A stretch of 64,000 nt of DNA from the NCBI RefSeq assembly GCF_009914755.1, contig NC_060926.1. One strand, given 5' to 3'. How positions within the stretch are numbered: position 1 is the stretch's first letter; each line of letters starts with the position of its first letter. Origin of the DNA: the human T2T-CHM13v2.0 reference genome, Homo sapiens. Position numbers and translations under genes: made by a program. Shown here piece by piece: positions 27,856 through 44,317 of this stretch. The notes under the pieces were generated by a model. It was given only the letters and a program-made list of their open reading frames with translations, did no database searches and was not told the DNA's origin.

Positions 27856-29356
27856 AGTTGTCTGTGTTGTTCTGAGCAACACTGACTGTCTCTTTTTTAG
27901 CCTATGTTATTAGATAATGGTTGTTTGAATCTGTGAAGGTAGCATTTTGTACTCTGGAGTTATATTTTGCTAAGCTAGTGGTTGAACTGTAATTAAAAAA
28001 AAAATTCTGTGTTGCATGTAGGATAACCTTTCTGTCAATGCCTGCCTACTCAACTCTGCCAATTGGCCTCCCTGCTTAGGAGGTCCCAGCTGCATGGAAC
28101 AGAATTGGGCATCTGACCTGGTCAAGCTAATTAGATTCATGCACTTGGGAATTTCCACTCAGTGGTAGATTCTTGAACTGAAAGGGCATATGCGTGTCCT
28201 ATAAGACACACCTCTCCACCTCAGGGAACAATATGGTCTTACATCTTTTGTTTTCCAATATTTTACTCAAGTCGTCACATGTTCTTTTCCAGGACCTGCC
28301 CAGTGAGGCCTTCCCACTTAATTGTCCAAAACTCTCAGGGGCTTTCTTGGTGCAGAAGAATTGACCCTATCAAACCTCAAAAAGGAAGGAACTGGAAATC
28401 TCATGAGCTCACAGCAGTATGAGTCTGATCCCTGCCACACAGCCTCAACATTCAGTGCCAGTCTTGTGCAGGCTAATGGATATTTGCCTGTCTTCCTCAG
28501 CCCAGAGTCTAATGCTTGGCCTCCAAGATCAGAACTTTTTTGACTTGCATTCACATATTCAACTCAATGCCAGGAGAGCTGGGCCTCAGAGAATCCAACT
28601 GTTGCCATTTTGTGTTTAGTTCTAGCTGCCAGCTTAAACTCACTCTTCCCTCCGGGTGCCATCCCTTTTGGAAGCTGTGGTATCCTGTTCTGCCAGAGGA
28701 CAGAACCACTTTGGTTGACCCTGATGAGCTACTGGACTTCAATTCTAAGGAAAAATGGACAGAATCTCTGTTCTTCAGTCCTAGGAAGTCCTTTCCTCAA
28801 GAGAAAGGGTGCAAACTTTGCATTTGCACAACTAAGTAGGAGCATTCAAGAGAGCCCTCTCATAAAAACAAATCCTTCCTCCTGGCTTAGGTATTGCCTC
28901 CGCCTAAGAACACAGACACCTCTCAATCAATTTTTAAAAATCGTACCTCACTAGGCATGCTGTGCCATCTTGGGTCATTGGCATGGCGAGTTAGCAGAGG
29001 AAGCTGATTGAAAGAAAGACTTTCTGATTTTGCACAAAGCTCCAGGTTCTACCATGCACAAGGCCTTGCTGTTCTTGCCCTTCCTTAGGTTCCACCCATG
29101 TTTGTAAGGTACTACCTCTGTTTAGTAGGAGTTCCCATTGCAAGTCAAATTTATATTCCAGAAAAATGCAAATTACAGTAAAAAAAAAAGACTAATAAAA
29201 AGTGATTACTTCCATAATTATTCATTTGAAAAGCTAATACTTATTTCCAGAGGCCCACCATCTAACTCTTTTTATCCATTAACTGCTACAAAATACATTA
29301 AATGACACTTCATTGCTTTGCACAAATAACAAAGAAATAATAAAAGACTTTGCAAT

Positions 29357-29890
29357 TGAAGCCATCCTCACAGAGTTAACAAGAATCCTGGGCAGAAATA
29401 TAGTTATAATTAAGCATTAGTCAGACTATACTTTGACCCACTTCCTTGCAACCAAAAGCTATGTAGCTCCAGATACTGCCCATTTGCATCCCTGCTGTCC
29501 CCAAAGATAAGATCTGTGACATTAGAGTCATAAGACTTTTAAGACTTGCTTAAGATGTTTTCCAAATTCCGAATTCCAGGGAAATAGCTGACACCACCCA
29601 GTTTGAAGGCCCCTATAGAGGAATGGAATCCGCAAGAGAATACAGTTTCTTCATCCCCCTGTCCCGACACCACCCTGCACTCTTCCACCAATCAACAATC
29701 TCCACACTTTGGACCACTCTAAAACCCCTAAACACCCTAGCCCCAGACTCCTCAGGGAGATAGATTTGAGATTTCCTCCCGTCTCCTTGTTCAACAGCTG
29801 TACAATTAAACTGCTTTCTTTTCTGCAACCTGGTGTCTTGGCGTATTGACCTGCCCCAATTCATCAGGCAACAGACCTACTACAGTTACA
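29357..29890 (+). mobile_element. ERV1 solo LTR (LTR26-like)
   Basis: TG...CA termini, 4-bp TSD CAAT/TAAT, ATTAAA signal; homologous to 43724-45062. Confidence 0.8.
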
Positions 29891-30242
29891 TAATCATTCT
29901 GGAAAATGTTGATTCTGGGCTTGATGTCAGAACTTTTGAACATGCTATAGAGAACACCAAAAGCCAAGACGCTAGCAACTCTTTGGTAAATGGCCAGAGT
30001 TAGGCAAAGGAGAAAATGGAACAGAGAACTGACTTCAGTTTCCACTATCAAGTGTACCCGTATATCTGGAGCCAAAAGCAGCTGAGAGACATTAAAGGGC
30101 ATTTTACTGAAGGTTTGCACCTGCAAACCTCTTCCTCGGGTATTTAAAATATGGAGAGAAATACAGAAAATACACACAAACCTCCCAGGTTTGACATATA
30201 TTAACTTTTGTTACAGCAGCTCTAGGAAAGAAATACAATATT

Positions 30243-30630
30243 GCAAATTATCCCAAATTTGATGGCTTAAAAATAACAGAAATTTATTCTCTCACAGTTC
30301 TGATGCCAGAAGTCCAAAATCAAGATGTCACCGGGATTGGTTCTTCCTGGAGGCTCAGAGGGAGCCTAGGAGAAGCTAGGAGTCTGTTCTGTGCCTCTCT
30401 CCTAGCTTCTGGTGCTGCTGGCAGTCCTTGGCATTCCTCAGTGTGCCTTCTCCCTCTCTTCTCTTCTAGGACACTGATCATTGCATTGAGAGCCCGCCCT
30501 AACCCAGTATGATCTCATCTCAAAACCCTTAACTTGATTATATCTGCAAAGACCCTTTTTCCAAATAGGGTCATATTCGCAGGCTTTTGGTGGACATAGC
30601 TTTTGGAGGACCACCATTCCACCCACTACA
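30243..30630 (-). mobile_element. MLT1C-type solo LTR
   Basis: GGCTTAAAATAACAGAAATTTATTCTCTCACAGTTC...TCTGCAAAGACCCTTTTTCCAAATA...CCACTACA. Confidence 0.82.
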
Positions 30631-30679
30631 AGTATTTACTTTAACCCTCACAAATAAACAGTGACAGATATTGAAATTC

Positions 30680-32770
<2,091 letters not shown>

Positions 32771-33311
32771 TCTGTATTTATTGACCCTGGACTTGAGATT
32801 CTTGCAGAGTCCCAGGGCTGTGTGGAGGCTGCCACTCAGCACCTATCTCATAGGGCCGACATGCTGGTTTGGTCTTCCCCTGAGCTGTTGGTAACTCCTG
32901 AATCTTGCTACTTTGGCTGTGAGTTTTTGCTTCATTGCTAGAATGGATTGCTTTATTTCTCTTACCTTTTTCTTTCTTCATTTCTTCCACTTAAAAAATG
33001 ATGTAGTAATATTTTATCTAGCATTTGTATGTGTTTATATTGGGAAGAGGTTCTTTGTCAGCTCTATCCTCCATAGTGATGAATCAGAAGGTCCTGAATC
33101 CTCTTTACTCTTCTGTGAGATCATGAAGAAGAAATGAAGAGCCAACTGCTTTCCACCGAGAACCCTAGCACTAAGAATCAAGGAATAACATTCTCTTCCA
33201 GCCAAAATCCCTGTGTGACTTAAGATCAGTGTGATTTTAAAATGTGACAACTTATAGATTAAAATGTTATATAAAAGTGAGTGATGGCAGTGTGAGAAGA
33301 CACGTTAGCAT

Positions 33312-33440
33312 TCACATTTTATAGATGAGAAACTGAGGCTCAGAAGCAAAGGAACTTGCCCAAAGTTGCAAAGCATTAAGTGGCAGAACCAAGATTTTAG
33401 GCTGATTCTGAGGTCTCAAAGCACATATTTTCTCTACCAT
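33312..33440 (-). mobile_element. MIR
   Basis: CATTTTATAGATGAGAAACTGAGGCTCAGA...ACTTGCCCAAAG. Confidence 0.8.
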
Positions 33441-33554
33441 GTGACCTTGTCGGAAATTGTAACGAGAAGAGACATTTTAAAAAGGTAAAATGAAAGAATC
33501 AGAGTATATTTAAGGACCAAAATGAAAAAACTATAAAAGGAAGCTATCAATGTG

Positions 33555-33561
<7 letters not shown>

Positions 33562-33626
<65 letters not shown>
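33562..33626. repeat. (GA)n(GT)n compound microsatellite
   Basis: direct reading. Confidence 0.97.
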
Positions 33627-33628
<2 letters not shown>

Positions 33629-34220
33629 CTTCATTCCTGTAGAGGGAAACCAAATAGCTGCTTGTCAGTTGAATGTGTTCCTCACAGATAGAATTACCTG
33701 TCGAGCTCAGTTTTGGAAGAGCTCAGCAGATGGCATTCCAAATGAGAGATGCCCACATGGACTGTGAAGGCTATAATGCATTTCAAATGTCTATGTCTGT
33801 CTCTGGCAAGTGACATTGCTTTGAAAAGGTAGAAATCTATTTTCAAGGCTATATCCATGTATAAAGAGATGCACATCTGCCTTGTCTGTATTTGATCTAA
33901 ATCTATGTTGATATCAGATTATGGGTGGCAGCTGACCTAACAATATTGGGTGATTCTGAGGTTAGAGGTGCTCTAGCTGATTTTAGAATTGCTAATATTC
34001 CCATTCTTCATTTATTCCTCAGATAAAGAAATCTGATTTTCCAAATAAATATGCTATTTCCTGATGTAAATCTGATGATAAATGAGGTCCCAGATTTCAA
34101 TTCTAACTCTTTTCATTGTTTATAACAGAAAACCCAGCTAAAAATGGGTTAAAGGAATTTATTTTTCCACTTAGGAATTCTGGAGACAGAGTGATTTCCA
34201 GGTCAGTTAATTTAAGAAAT

Positions 34221-34808
34221 TGTAGGGGCAGGAAGGTGAGCTATTTTTCCTCACCCACCGTGAGGGTCACAGCTGACACTCTGATAACAAAAGACTGGTT
34301 AACAAAAAAGCATAGCCAATTTATTTAACCAAAGATTTATGTGGCATAGGAACCTTCAGAAATGAAGACCCAAAGACTCGGAGGAAACTGTCTGTTTTTA
34401 CACTTAGGTTCCATGAAGAATAGACACATGTCGAAATGTGGCTGGACAATCTAATGGTAACAGACTGATAGGGGAAGCCCAGCAAAGCCTGTCTGTTCAG
34501 ATTCTTCTCGGCCTGTCTGTGTAGTATTCTTTCCTCCCGGGCATGGGGCAGAACCCTCTGGAATGAGGGTTTCAAGGGAAAATGGAGAGAGTGACCTGTC
34601 TAGGCTTCATAGCTTGCTTTGAGGCAGAAGGGTTCTAGTTTCTATGACTCACCTTAGGAAAGAGGAATTTGGCTTCTGTGCAGGAGATAGGAGGACAGGA
34701 GACAGTCAGGGACACCTTGCTTCTGGGGCCTTTACAATGTCCCTCAGTTGAAAGTACTCAGCAGGCCAAGGTGCCATACTTTGGGCTATCGTGCTCTGAG
34801 CCCCAGCA
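34221..34808 (-). mobile_element. ERV1 solo LTR (MER39/MER34 group)
   Basis: TG..CA ends; AAAGTACTCAGCAGGCCAAGGTGCCATACTTTGGG matches antisense MER39-group start. Confidence 0.75.
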
Positions 34809-35095
34809 AGCTCGACAGCGCCATCAGGGATTCTGTCTCCCGCCATGTTTTCTTGCTCCTATCCGCAGTGTGCTGGGTTTTGTCCCCAGGTTATCTCATG
34901 ATGGTTGCAGGCTGGCTGCCCCATCTCCAGGCATCCTCTTCTCATACAGCAATGTTGAAACATCCCAACAGGGCAGTTTGCCCTCCCAATTGGAGGAAAA
35001 CTTTTTCCAGAAGCTACTACTTATCCCAGAAAAATTTCTTTCAAGTCTGATTCTCTAGAATTAATTCACATGCTCATTCTAAAGAATCAATGGCA

Positions 35096-35454
<359 letters not shown>

Positions 35455-35779
35455 TCACCCTTTGATGCTGAGGAGGGGCTCCTTCATTGAGCACGTGGCC
35501 ATGGTGAGGGCACACCAAATTGGGATTCTGTTGATAAGCAACATGGGAAGAACTGGCTGCTGACAGGCTGTCAACAATATCTGCCACACTTAAGTCCTGT
35601 TGGACTGAGGAAATATGCTAAAAATTATTACCTTGATCAATTGGTTAAAGAAGGGGGGCCTACTATCATTATTTAACCATCAAACTGCTATGAATGACCA
35701 TTGTCTTTACGAGAAAAACTTAATTTTTTCAGTATGTGAAGCTTGAGCCTACATCTTTAAAGACTATAGTTTGTTTGCC

Positions 35780-36015
35780 TAGAACAGCATCCCTCATGTT
35801 TTTGGAAAATCAGAAGTTTCACCATTCTACACAAGTGAATCTTTTGGGCTCTGCTAATTACTATACCCACTCCTCTGGCAATAAAGGTGAGCATGTAACC
35901 CAGGATGGGCCAATTTTTCCTACCTCTTTGGCCACGCTGATTATTCTATAGATAAGCACACGACTCAAGTCAAGTCTTTCTGAAGACTTTTCTAACTGGA
36001 GATGAAAGGAAATGA

Positions 36016-36058
<43 letters not shown>

Positions 36059-36401
36059 GAGAAATGGGATGAGGTTTTCCTCCCAAGCATAGAACTATAA
36101 AGCCTGGACACAAATGTGGCCACAATTCTAGCTGCACAGTTATAGAAGACCTGAGACAATGAAGCCACACACAGAAAAAAAAACAAAAAACAAACAAACA
36201 AAAAAAACAGATTTGAAACACAGAGGCAATAACAGATGAAGCAGAGAGAAAAGAAAGGCAGAGACATAGATATGATAGTGTTTGATTCTCTGAACCCACC
36301 ATTCCTGTCCTTTTGTGCTTTTAACCAATAAAGTACTTTTTGTTTAAGCTAATATGTATTGGATTACTCTTAATTGCAGCAAGAAGAGTCCTCACTAAAC
36401 A
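35780..36401 (+). mobile_element. old ERVL LTR (LTR33-like)
   Basis: GCATGTAACCCAGGATGGGCCAAT...AACCAATAAAG...GAGTCCTCACTAAACA. Confidence 0.5.
36019..36057. repeat. poly(T)39 tract
   Basis: direct reading. Confidence 0.97.
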
Positions 36402-36474
36402 GAGTATTTCAATAATTTAAACTACATAGTTGAGGAGGGCCAACATTTAAATTGTACAATACAGGTACTATTTA

Positions 36475-36527
36475 AGTCAAGGTCAGTCTTGAGGCAGAAA
36501 CCACACAGTAATGCAAACAGGTGAAGT

Positions 36528-36566
<39 letters not shown>

Positions 36567-37542
36567 TTTTTTGAGACAGAATCTCACTCTGTCACCCAGG
36601 CTAGAGTGCAGTGGTATGATCTCGGCTCACTGCAACCTCTGCCTCCCGGGTTCAGAGGCGGTTCTCCTGCCTCAGCCTCCCGAGTAGCTGGGATTACAGG
36701 TGCCTGGCACCACGCCCAGCTAATTTTTATGTTTTTAGTAGAGGCAGGGTTTCACTATGTTGGCCATGGTTGGCCAGGCTGGTCTCGAACTCCTGACCTC
36801 AGGTGATCCGAGTGCCTTGGCCTCCTAAAGTGCTGGGATTACAGGTGTGAGCCATTGCACCTGGCCTCAAACAGGTGAAGTTTAATATAAAGAATTAGTA
36901 ACCATAACAGAAGACTGGAGTAATTAGAGAAGTCTAGTAAGAAGTAAAAAAAAGTTCTAAATAATATAGGAATATTAGATAGAAGTAGCAGCCATTACCT
37001 CTAGGGCTGAGATAAAGTCACTGAGGAAGAGTCCTCCTGCCCTTCTAGTCTGAGAGTCAGACCTTGTTAGGGAGGGCATGGGCACGTGACTCCCTGAATG
37101 GAGAAGTCAGTGTGGTGCCAGGTTAGTGTAACTTGCTGGAAATTCACCCTGCCAAGGAAAGCTGTTAAGAAGGAGGTGTCTTGCTGGACATGTACTACTA
37201 CAAAACCATACAAGAGGGGTACCAGGGGAAGTTGCTGGCTTCTGGTACTGCTGACCACCCCTGTGCACAGCAGGAGCCCAGTGATGGAGAAACCACATGC
37301 ATTACCAGTTGTCAGAGAAGCCACTTACGCTGCAGGAGATGGCTACAAGACACAGACACACAGGAACCAGGAAGGAAACCCCGTTCATCTTGCAATATCT
37401 AACCAAAGACTCAGTGACAAAACTTAACATTTACCAGTTGGAAAAGGAAAAATATTTAAAGGGCGCAGTTCCGTTTTTGCAGAGCAGGCAATGAAGAGTG
37501 AATTTGGAGCTATGAGGCAATAAATGGAGAACTTGCAAAAGC
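36475..37542 (-). mobile_element. LTR78-like ancient LTR containing an Alu
   Basis: antisense of TTTATTGCCTC...GCTCCAAATTCAC...TGCCTGCTCTGCAAAAA start. Confidence 0.6.
36527..36866 (-). mobile_element. Alu (AluSx), (TTTA)n tail
   Basis: TSD CAAACAGGTGAAGTTTA. Confidence 0.95.
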
Positions 37543-37874
37543 ACATTATTGGAGTGTCCTGAGAACCTCATAATGTGTTGAGTCTGGGGTAAAATAAAAT
37601 CTGCTTTACTTGACCTCAAAGAAACATACAACTTTAGAAATGTTATTTCAGGATAACTATTCCTCAAGCAATTTCTTTCAGCAAACAAAAATACTCGACC
37701 AGGGTCATGGTTGTTTCATAAACAAACTGAACTCCAGTAGAAGATTCTGTCATGGCAAAGCTCAGGTTGGATATCCTACATATCTTATCCCTTGCCATGA
37801 AATGTTGTACAATTTGTCATAATCATTTGGTAACTTTGTAAGGCTAGGGCTTAGAAAACAATTCTCCTTTACAG

Positions 37875-38191
37875 CAGGGTTCCCCAACCTGCAGGCCACA
37901 GACTGGTACCAGTTAGGAACTGGGCCACATGGCAGGAGGTGAGCTGCCGGTGAGTGAGCATTACCACCTGAGCACTGCCTCCTCTCAGATCAATGGTGGC
38001 ATTTGATTTCGCACTGGAGCACAAACCCTATTGTGAACTACACGTGTGAGGGTTGCACACTCCTTATGAGAATCTAATGTCTGATGATCTGAGGTGGAAG
38101 AATTTCATCCTGAAACCATCGCCCCCACTGTCCATGGAAAAATTGTCTTTCATGAAACTGGTCCCTGGGGTCAAAATGTTGGGGACGACTG
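37875..38191. mobile_element. MER1B hAT-Charlie MITE
   Basis: TIRs CAGGGTTCCCCAAC / GTTGGGGACGACTG; perfect 8-bp TSD CTTTACAG. Confidence 0.92.
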
Positions 38192-38417
38192 CTTTACAGG
38201 GAAGAGAATATTGATGGGCAATGTGCAGCTACTGGATTTGTATAATCTGAGTCTGAGGTTTCATTTGGCCACTTACCATCTACCGTTTCCTTCCCTATTT
38301 TTTTCATTTTTGAACAGAATAATAATAGCCTGTTCCCCAATGATAGCTCTTTCTCTCTCTTTTTGTCTCTCTGCCTGCCCACTTGCCTTCCTTCCTTCCT
38401 TTGCTTTCAACATGTTT

Positions 38418-38694
38418 TCACTCTTGTCACCCAGGCTGGAGTGCAGTGGGACAATCAGGGCTCACTGCAGCCTTGACCTCCTGGGCTCAAGCGATCCTTC
38501 CACCTTAGCTTCCTAAATAGCTGGGACTAAAGGAGCATGCCACCATACCCAGTTAACTTTTTTTAATTTTATTTTTTGTAGAGACAAGATCTCTCTATCT
38601 TGCCCAGGGTGGTCTTGAACTCCTTGGCTCCAGGATCTTCCTGCCTCAGCCTCCCAAAGTGCTGGGATTACAGGCGTGAGCCACCGGGCCCAGC
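38418..38694 (-). mobile_element. Alu (AluJ)
   Basis: antisense dimer with J diagnostics, tail lost. Confidence 0.9.
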
Positions 38695-38789
38695 CATTCA
38701 TGTGCTCTAATTCTCGATACTTTTCTCTACCAGAAGATCTCTTCTGAGTAAAATGAAGAGAGAGAGAGAGAAAGGAAGAGAAGAAAAGA

Positions 38790-39133
<344 letters not shown>

Positions 39134-39596
39134 TCAAGTGTTTTCTCAGTCCCTCAGTGAACAATCAGCCCATTTCTGCTCTATTTTCCCATGCTCCAGA
39201 TTAGGCTCTACTTGACTAAAGAATCTAACATTATTTGATTTCCACAGTGAAAGGCTAGGTCAATGGCAAGAGGAGTCTGTATCCTCTTCAGCTGGCACTT
39301 TCTCGGAGGAGAGAGAAGCTCTGTTTTGATGGTATTATGTAACAGATGATTGATAAAGTGAACAGTCATTGTGCCAGTTTAAATCATGCCCTCTGTCCTG
39401 ACCCTAGACAAAAATTTGCAAAAGGTCCTCTGTTCAAATCACTATGCTCAGAGGAGAGGTAGCCTCCCCAGGAGGCTTTTCCGCATGTTGCATTTTGGAC
39501 AAAACACAACAGTGGGACTGGAGAGAAAAGAGCCTGGGTAAAGAAAGGCCCATGGCAGTGCAGATGGAGCCCATTTGCTGATTGAAATAAGGAAGC

Positions 39597-40205
<609 letters not shown>

Positions 40206-40354
40206 ATTTGATGGGACTAAAGGAGAGCTCTGCTCTGACAATCAGTGCTCTAGAGAGCTACTTGATTCTGATTGCTTGTCCAAAGACTCAGGAGGAAATC
40301 AGTTCTTCCTGGGGTATCCGGACCCACCAGACATTGTCAAGGCTTTCTTTCCAT

Positions 40355-40430
40355 TATTGAATCCTCTCCGCAGGCTAGTATCAATTATTACTCTGCCTTT
40401 ACAAATGAAGAACTGAGGCTCAGAGAATTT
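40355..40430 (-). mobile_element. MIR fragment
   Basis: CTTTACAAATGAAGAACTGAGGCTCAGAGA. Confidence 0.65.
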
Positions 40431-40999
40431 GTGTTACCAGTCTTAATTATAATAGAATCCAGTCTTGTCTGTCTTGAAGACTGTGTTCTTAATCATTTTA
40501 TTACACTGAAACACTGATTACAAATGTATCAACATATTTAGGCACTATATAAAATCAAACAAACTTTTAAAATAGTCAAACAGGTCTTGATACACATTTT
40601 TGTTACTATGTCATTTAGTTGCCACTTCATAACAAAATCTTGATTTTTCTCTTCTAGTTTTCAAAAAAATTCTTCTTTTTCCCTCAGTTTTAAAGCTTCC
40701 AGGCCTATGACATGCTAGGAAGAAATCACTCTTTAAAAGTCCTAGTAGACATTACAGGGTTTCTCCCATTGTGTACATTAATTCAGAATCTTGTGGAGTA
40801 TGACTTCCATGTCCTTAAAGGCAAAGTCTTTCTCCAATATCTCTTTTCCTTGCTCTTTCTTCTTTCTGTTCAGGAAAAATTATTCTCCCCTCACCCTCCT
40901 TTTTTCTCTTCTACTACTATCTGAAGTCTCTGTCTAACCACTTTGTTTCCTTTCTTTTTTATTTATTTTAATATATTTTTTAAAAAACTTGTTTTCTTC

Positions 41000-41299
41000 T
41001 TTTCCTTCTATTTGGAGACAGTGTCTTGCTCTGTCAACCAGGTTGGAGTGCAGTGGTATGATCATAGCTCACTGCAGCCCCATGCTCCCGGGCTTAAGTG
41101 ATTCTCCCACCTCAGCCTGCTGAGTAGCTAGGACTACAGGCATGCCCCACCATGCCCAACTAATGTTTTAAGTTGTTTTTGCAGAGACAGGGATCTCACT
41201 ATGTTGCCTAGGCTGGTCTGGAACTCTTGGCCTCAAGCAATCCTCCTACCTCAGCTTCCCAAAGTGCTGGGATTACAGGCATGGGCCACTGTGTCTGGC
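41000..41299 (-). mobile_element. Alu (AluJ)
   Basis: ATCATAGCTCACTGCAGCC J diagnostic. Confidence 0.9.
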
Positions 41300-41555
41300 A
41301 CTGTTTTCTTTCAATGAGAAAAAATTTACTCTAGTAACTAAGTTACTAATTCATTCAATTAACCTTCTCCTTAATCACTTCTCAATTGGCTTAAGTGATT
41401 TCTTTGCTAAACCCCGCAGTTTTACAATCTGCTCTGGCCAACCTGCATCTTCAGAGAAACTTACAAAAAATCAGGGGGGTCTCTCTGGATCTATTCTGGT
41501 TCTGGGGCTGCCCAATTAAAAAAACAAAAAGAAAATAATCAAAACACTTTAAAAC

Positions 41556-41840
41556 CTTTTTTTTTTTTTTTTTGGAGACAGAGTCTCACTCTGTTGCCCA
41601 AGCTAGAGTGCAGTGGTGCAATCTCAGCTCACTGCAACCTCCGCCTCCTGGGTTCAAGCAATTCTAGTGGGTCAGCCTCCTGAGTAGCTGGGACTGCAGG
41701 CATCTGCCACCATGCCCAGCTAATTTTTTTTTTTATTTTTAGTAGAGACAGGATTTTACCATGTTGGCCAGGCTGGTCTTGAACTCCTGACCTCTGGTGA
41801 TCTGCCTGCCTCGGCCTCCCAAAGTGCTGGGATTACAGGT
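41556..41840 (-). mobile_element. Alu (AluSx)
   Basis: antisense dimer. Confidence 0.94.
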
Positions 41841-41988
41841 GTGAGCCACCGTGCCTGGCCAAGGATTTTTAAAGGAAAAGAAGAGACACTTCCTGAGTTG
41901 GTTACCAAGAATTTCCATTCTTTTTGTTGTCGTCGTTTTTAATCTACTCATCAAAAAGGAAAATAATTTCTATTCAAATAACATAAGT

Positions 41989-42128
41989 AGGTTGGGCATG
42001 GTGGTTTATGCCTGTAATCCTACACTTTGGGAGGCCAAGGTGGGAAAGATTGCTTTAGCTCAGGAGTTCAAGACCAGCCTGGGCAACATAGTGAGACCCT
42101 GTCTCTTAAAAAAAAAAAGAAAAAAAAG
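41989..42128 (+). mobile_element. FLAM_C / Alu left monomer
   Basis: GGGCAACATAGTGAGACCCTGTCTC then A tail. Confidence 0.87.
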
Positions 42129-42856
42129 ATAAATAAAATAAGCTATTGATTGGCTATATACTGTCCTTGGTATCATGAATTCCAGGAACATGAAGACAGC
42201 AGGAGAGGCAGCTAGTTAGGAACAAAATGACTTTAAACAATACCCCCAGGCATGAGTAGGGGATGACTGCAAGCCCTGCACTGTGTCTCTCTGGGCCTGC
42301 AAACCTCACAGAGCTGAGAGCTCTTTGAGCTGTTTTTCTTTTCTCAGAACCATTTAAACATAAGTTATACCATGATAAAGACATAGCCATAGGAAGTCCA
42401 TACAACTCAATTGATTTATATTCTCCAAAATGGTGTCATCAATTAAAATGATGTAGATGGAATCTGATTTTCCCTTTTGAACCTGTAAGAAGGCGATGAA
42501 GTGTCTAAGGCCCTGAAGCCCATGATTTAATGAATGCTGGGTATTTATTAAAATGAAAGAAGCAAAAAACTGGAAGGAACTTTAAAATCATCCAGAGACT
42601 CCAATTCTTCTATTTTACAAATATGGAATAGCAACCTCTTACTCCATAGTCAATAAATTATATATCTAATGCTGAATAGTGTAATCTAAATAGTAATTAA
42701 TCACACCCAACTTCAAATTTCATGATAACGACTTATGCATACACTACAGGAAAGTCTCTTTTAATATTCTTCATAATTTTTTCCTTGTTTTGATTGTAGC
42801 AAAGCAAAAATGAAAGGATTGCTGCAAGGAATCTTGGGCCAAGGAACTGAAAATAA

Positions 42857-43150
<294 letters not shown>

Positions 43151-43893
43151 GAAAATAACTTCTAATGGAAATTTTGACAAAGCTTCTTCGGGAAGTAACT
43201 TTGGGGGAAGTTTTGGGGGTGGTCTTTGCGTACATGGTTCAGGAAAGTTTGTCTCACTGTCTAACTTCATAGCTTTATAAATCAAATTAATGGTGTTGAG
43301 TTGTGGTATAATATAGTTGGTCTTTATTTGCCTCCAGTTCCTGGCACAGAGCTCCTAAATTATTAGAATTTCTTGAGTGATAGGTGTATCTTTTGTTATT
43401 CATAATGAGCTCCTTTTGACCATACTAGAGTTTATGTTAATGAGGTGACTCAGGGTGGCCTTAGATAGATTTAGGTTGGGGACTGGTCCCCAGAAAGACC
43501 AAACATGGGATCAGAGGGTTGAACATTTAACCCCACCCTCCAACCTCCCGGGAGGGGAGAAAGGCTGGAGATTGAGCTCAATCACCAATGGCCAATGATT
43601 TGATCAATCACACCTACAAAACAAAGCTTTGATAAATACTCTTGAACAGTGAAATTTAGAGAGCTTCTGGGTTGGTAACATTGATGTGGTGGGAGAGTGG
43701 CACCGTGGAAGAGGACATGGAAGTGTGACTGTAACAGGTTCCTTACCTAAAGCATGGCAAGTGGACACACTGACCTCAAGGATTGCAGCAGAGAAAGGGT
43801 TTAATAATCATAGGGCATCTGAACAAGGAGATGGAAGGAAACCTCAGATTTGCCTCCCTGAGGAGTTTGTAAGGGGTTTGGAGTGGGCTGAGG

Positions 43894-44048
43894 TGTGGGG
43901 ATTGCAGGGTGAAGTCATGGACTGGAGAGATGAAGAAACTGCATTCTCATGTTGATTCAGCTCTTCTGTGGGGATTGCAGGGTGAAGTCATGGACTGGAG
44001 AGATGAAGAAACTGCATTCTCATGTTGATTCAGCTCTTCTGTGGGGAT
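43894..44048. repeat. perfect 73-bp tandem duplication
   Basis: unit TGTGGGGATTGCAGGG...CAGCTCTTC starts at 43894 and 43967; TGTGGGGAT again at 44040. Confidence 0.95.
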
Positions 44049-44317
44049 CCTCAAACTGGTTGTGGATGTCAGCTGTTCTGCTGGAATTCAGGATCTGAAG
44101 AACATCTTAAGCAACTCTTAAACAAAAGCCTCATGATTCCAACATCCGAAATCCCATCTATAGAAACAATGTGGATGCAAATGGTCAGTATCCAGTGCTA
44201 TGTGACTTTCAGTTACAAGTAAGTAGGCCAAAATGCAGCCTATAATTAAGCCTCATGCTTAATTATAACTATATTTCTGTCCAGAACCTGGCATGAAATT
44301 CTTGTCAACTCTGTGAT

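Noticed and set aside
35970-36302. Poly-lysine ORFs
   Set aside because: Artefact of the poly(T)39 tract.
37067-37427. Overlapping ORFs on both strands
   Set aside because: Lie within an LTR78-like repeat and show no recognisable domains.
41478-41520. MER51-like LTR snippet
   Set aside because: Only about 40 nt; insufficient support.
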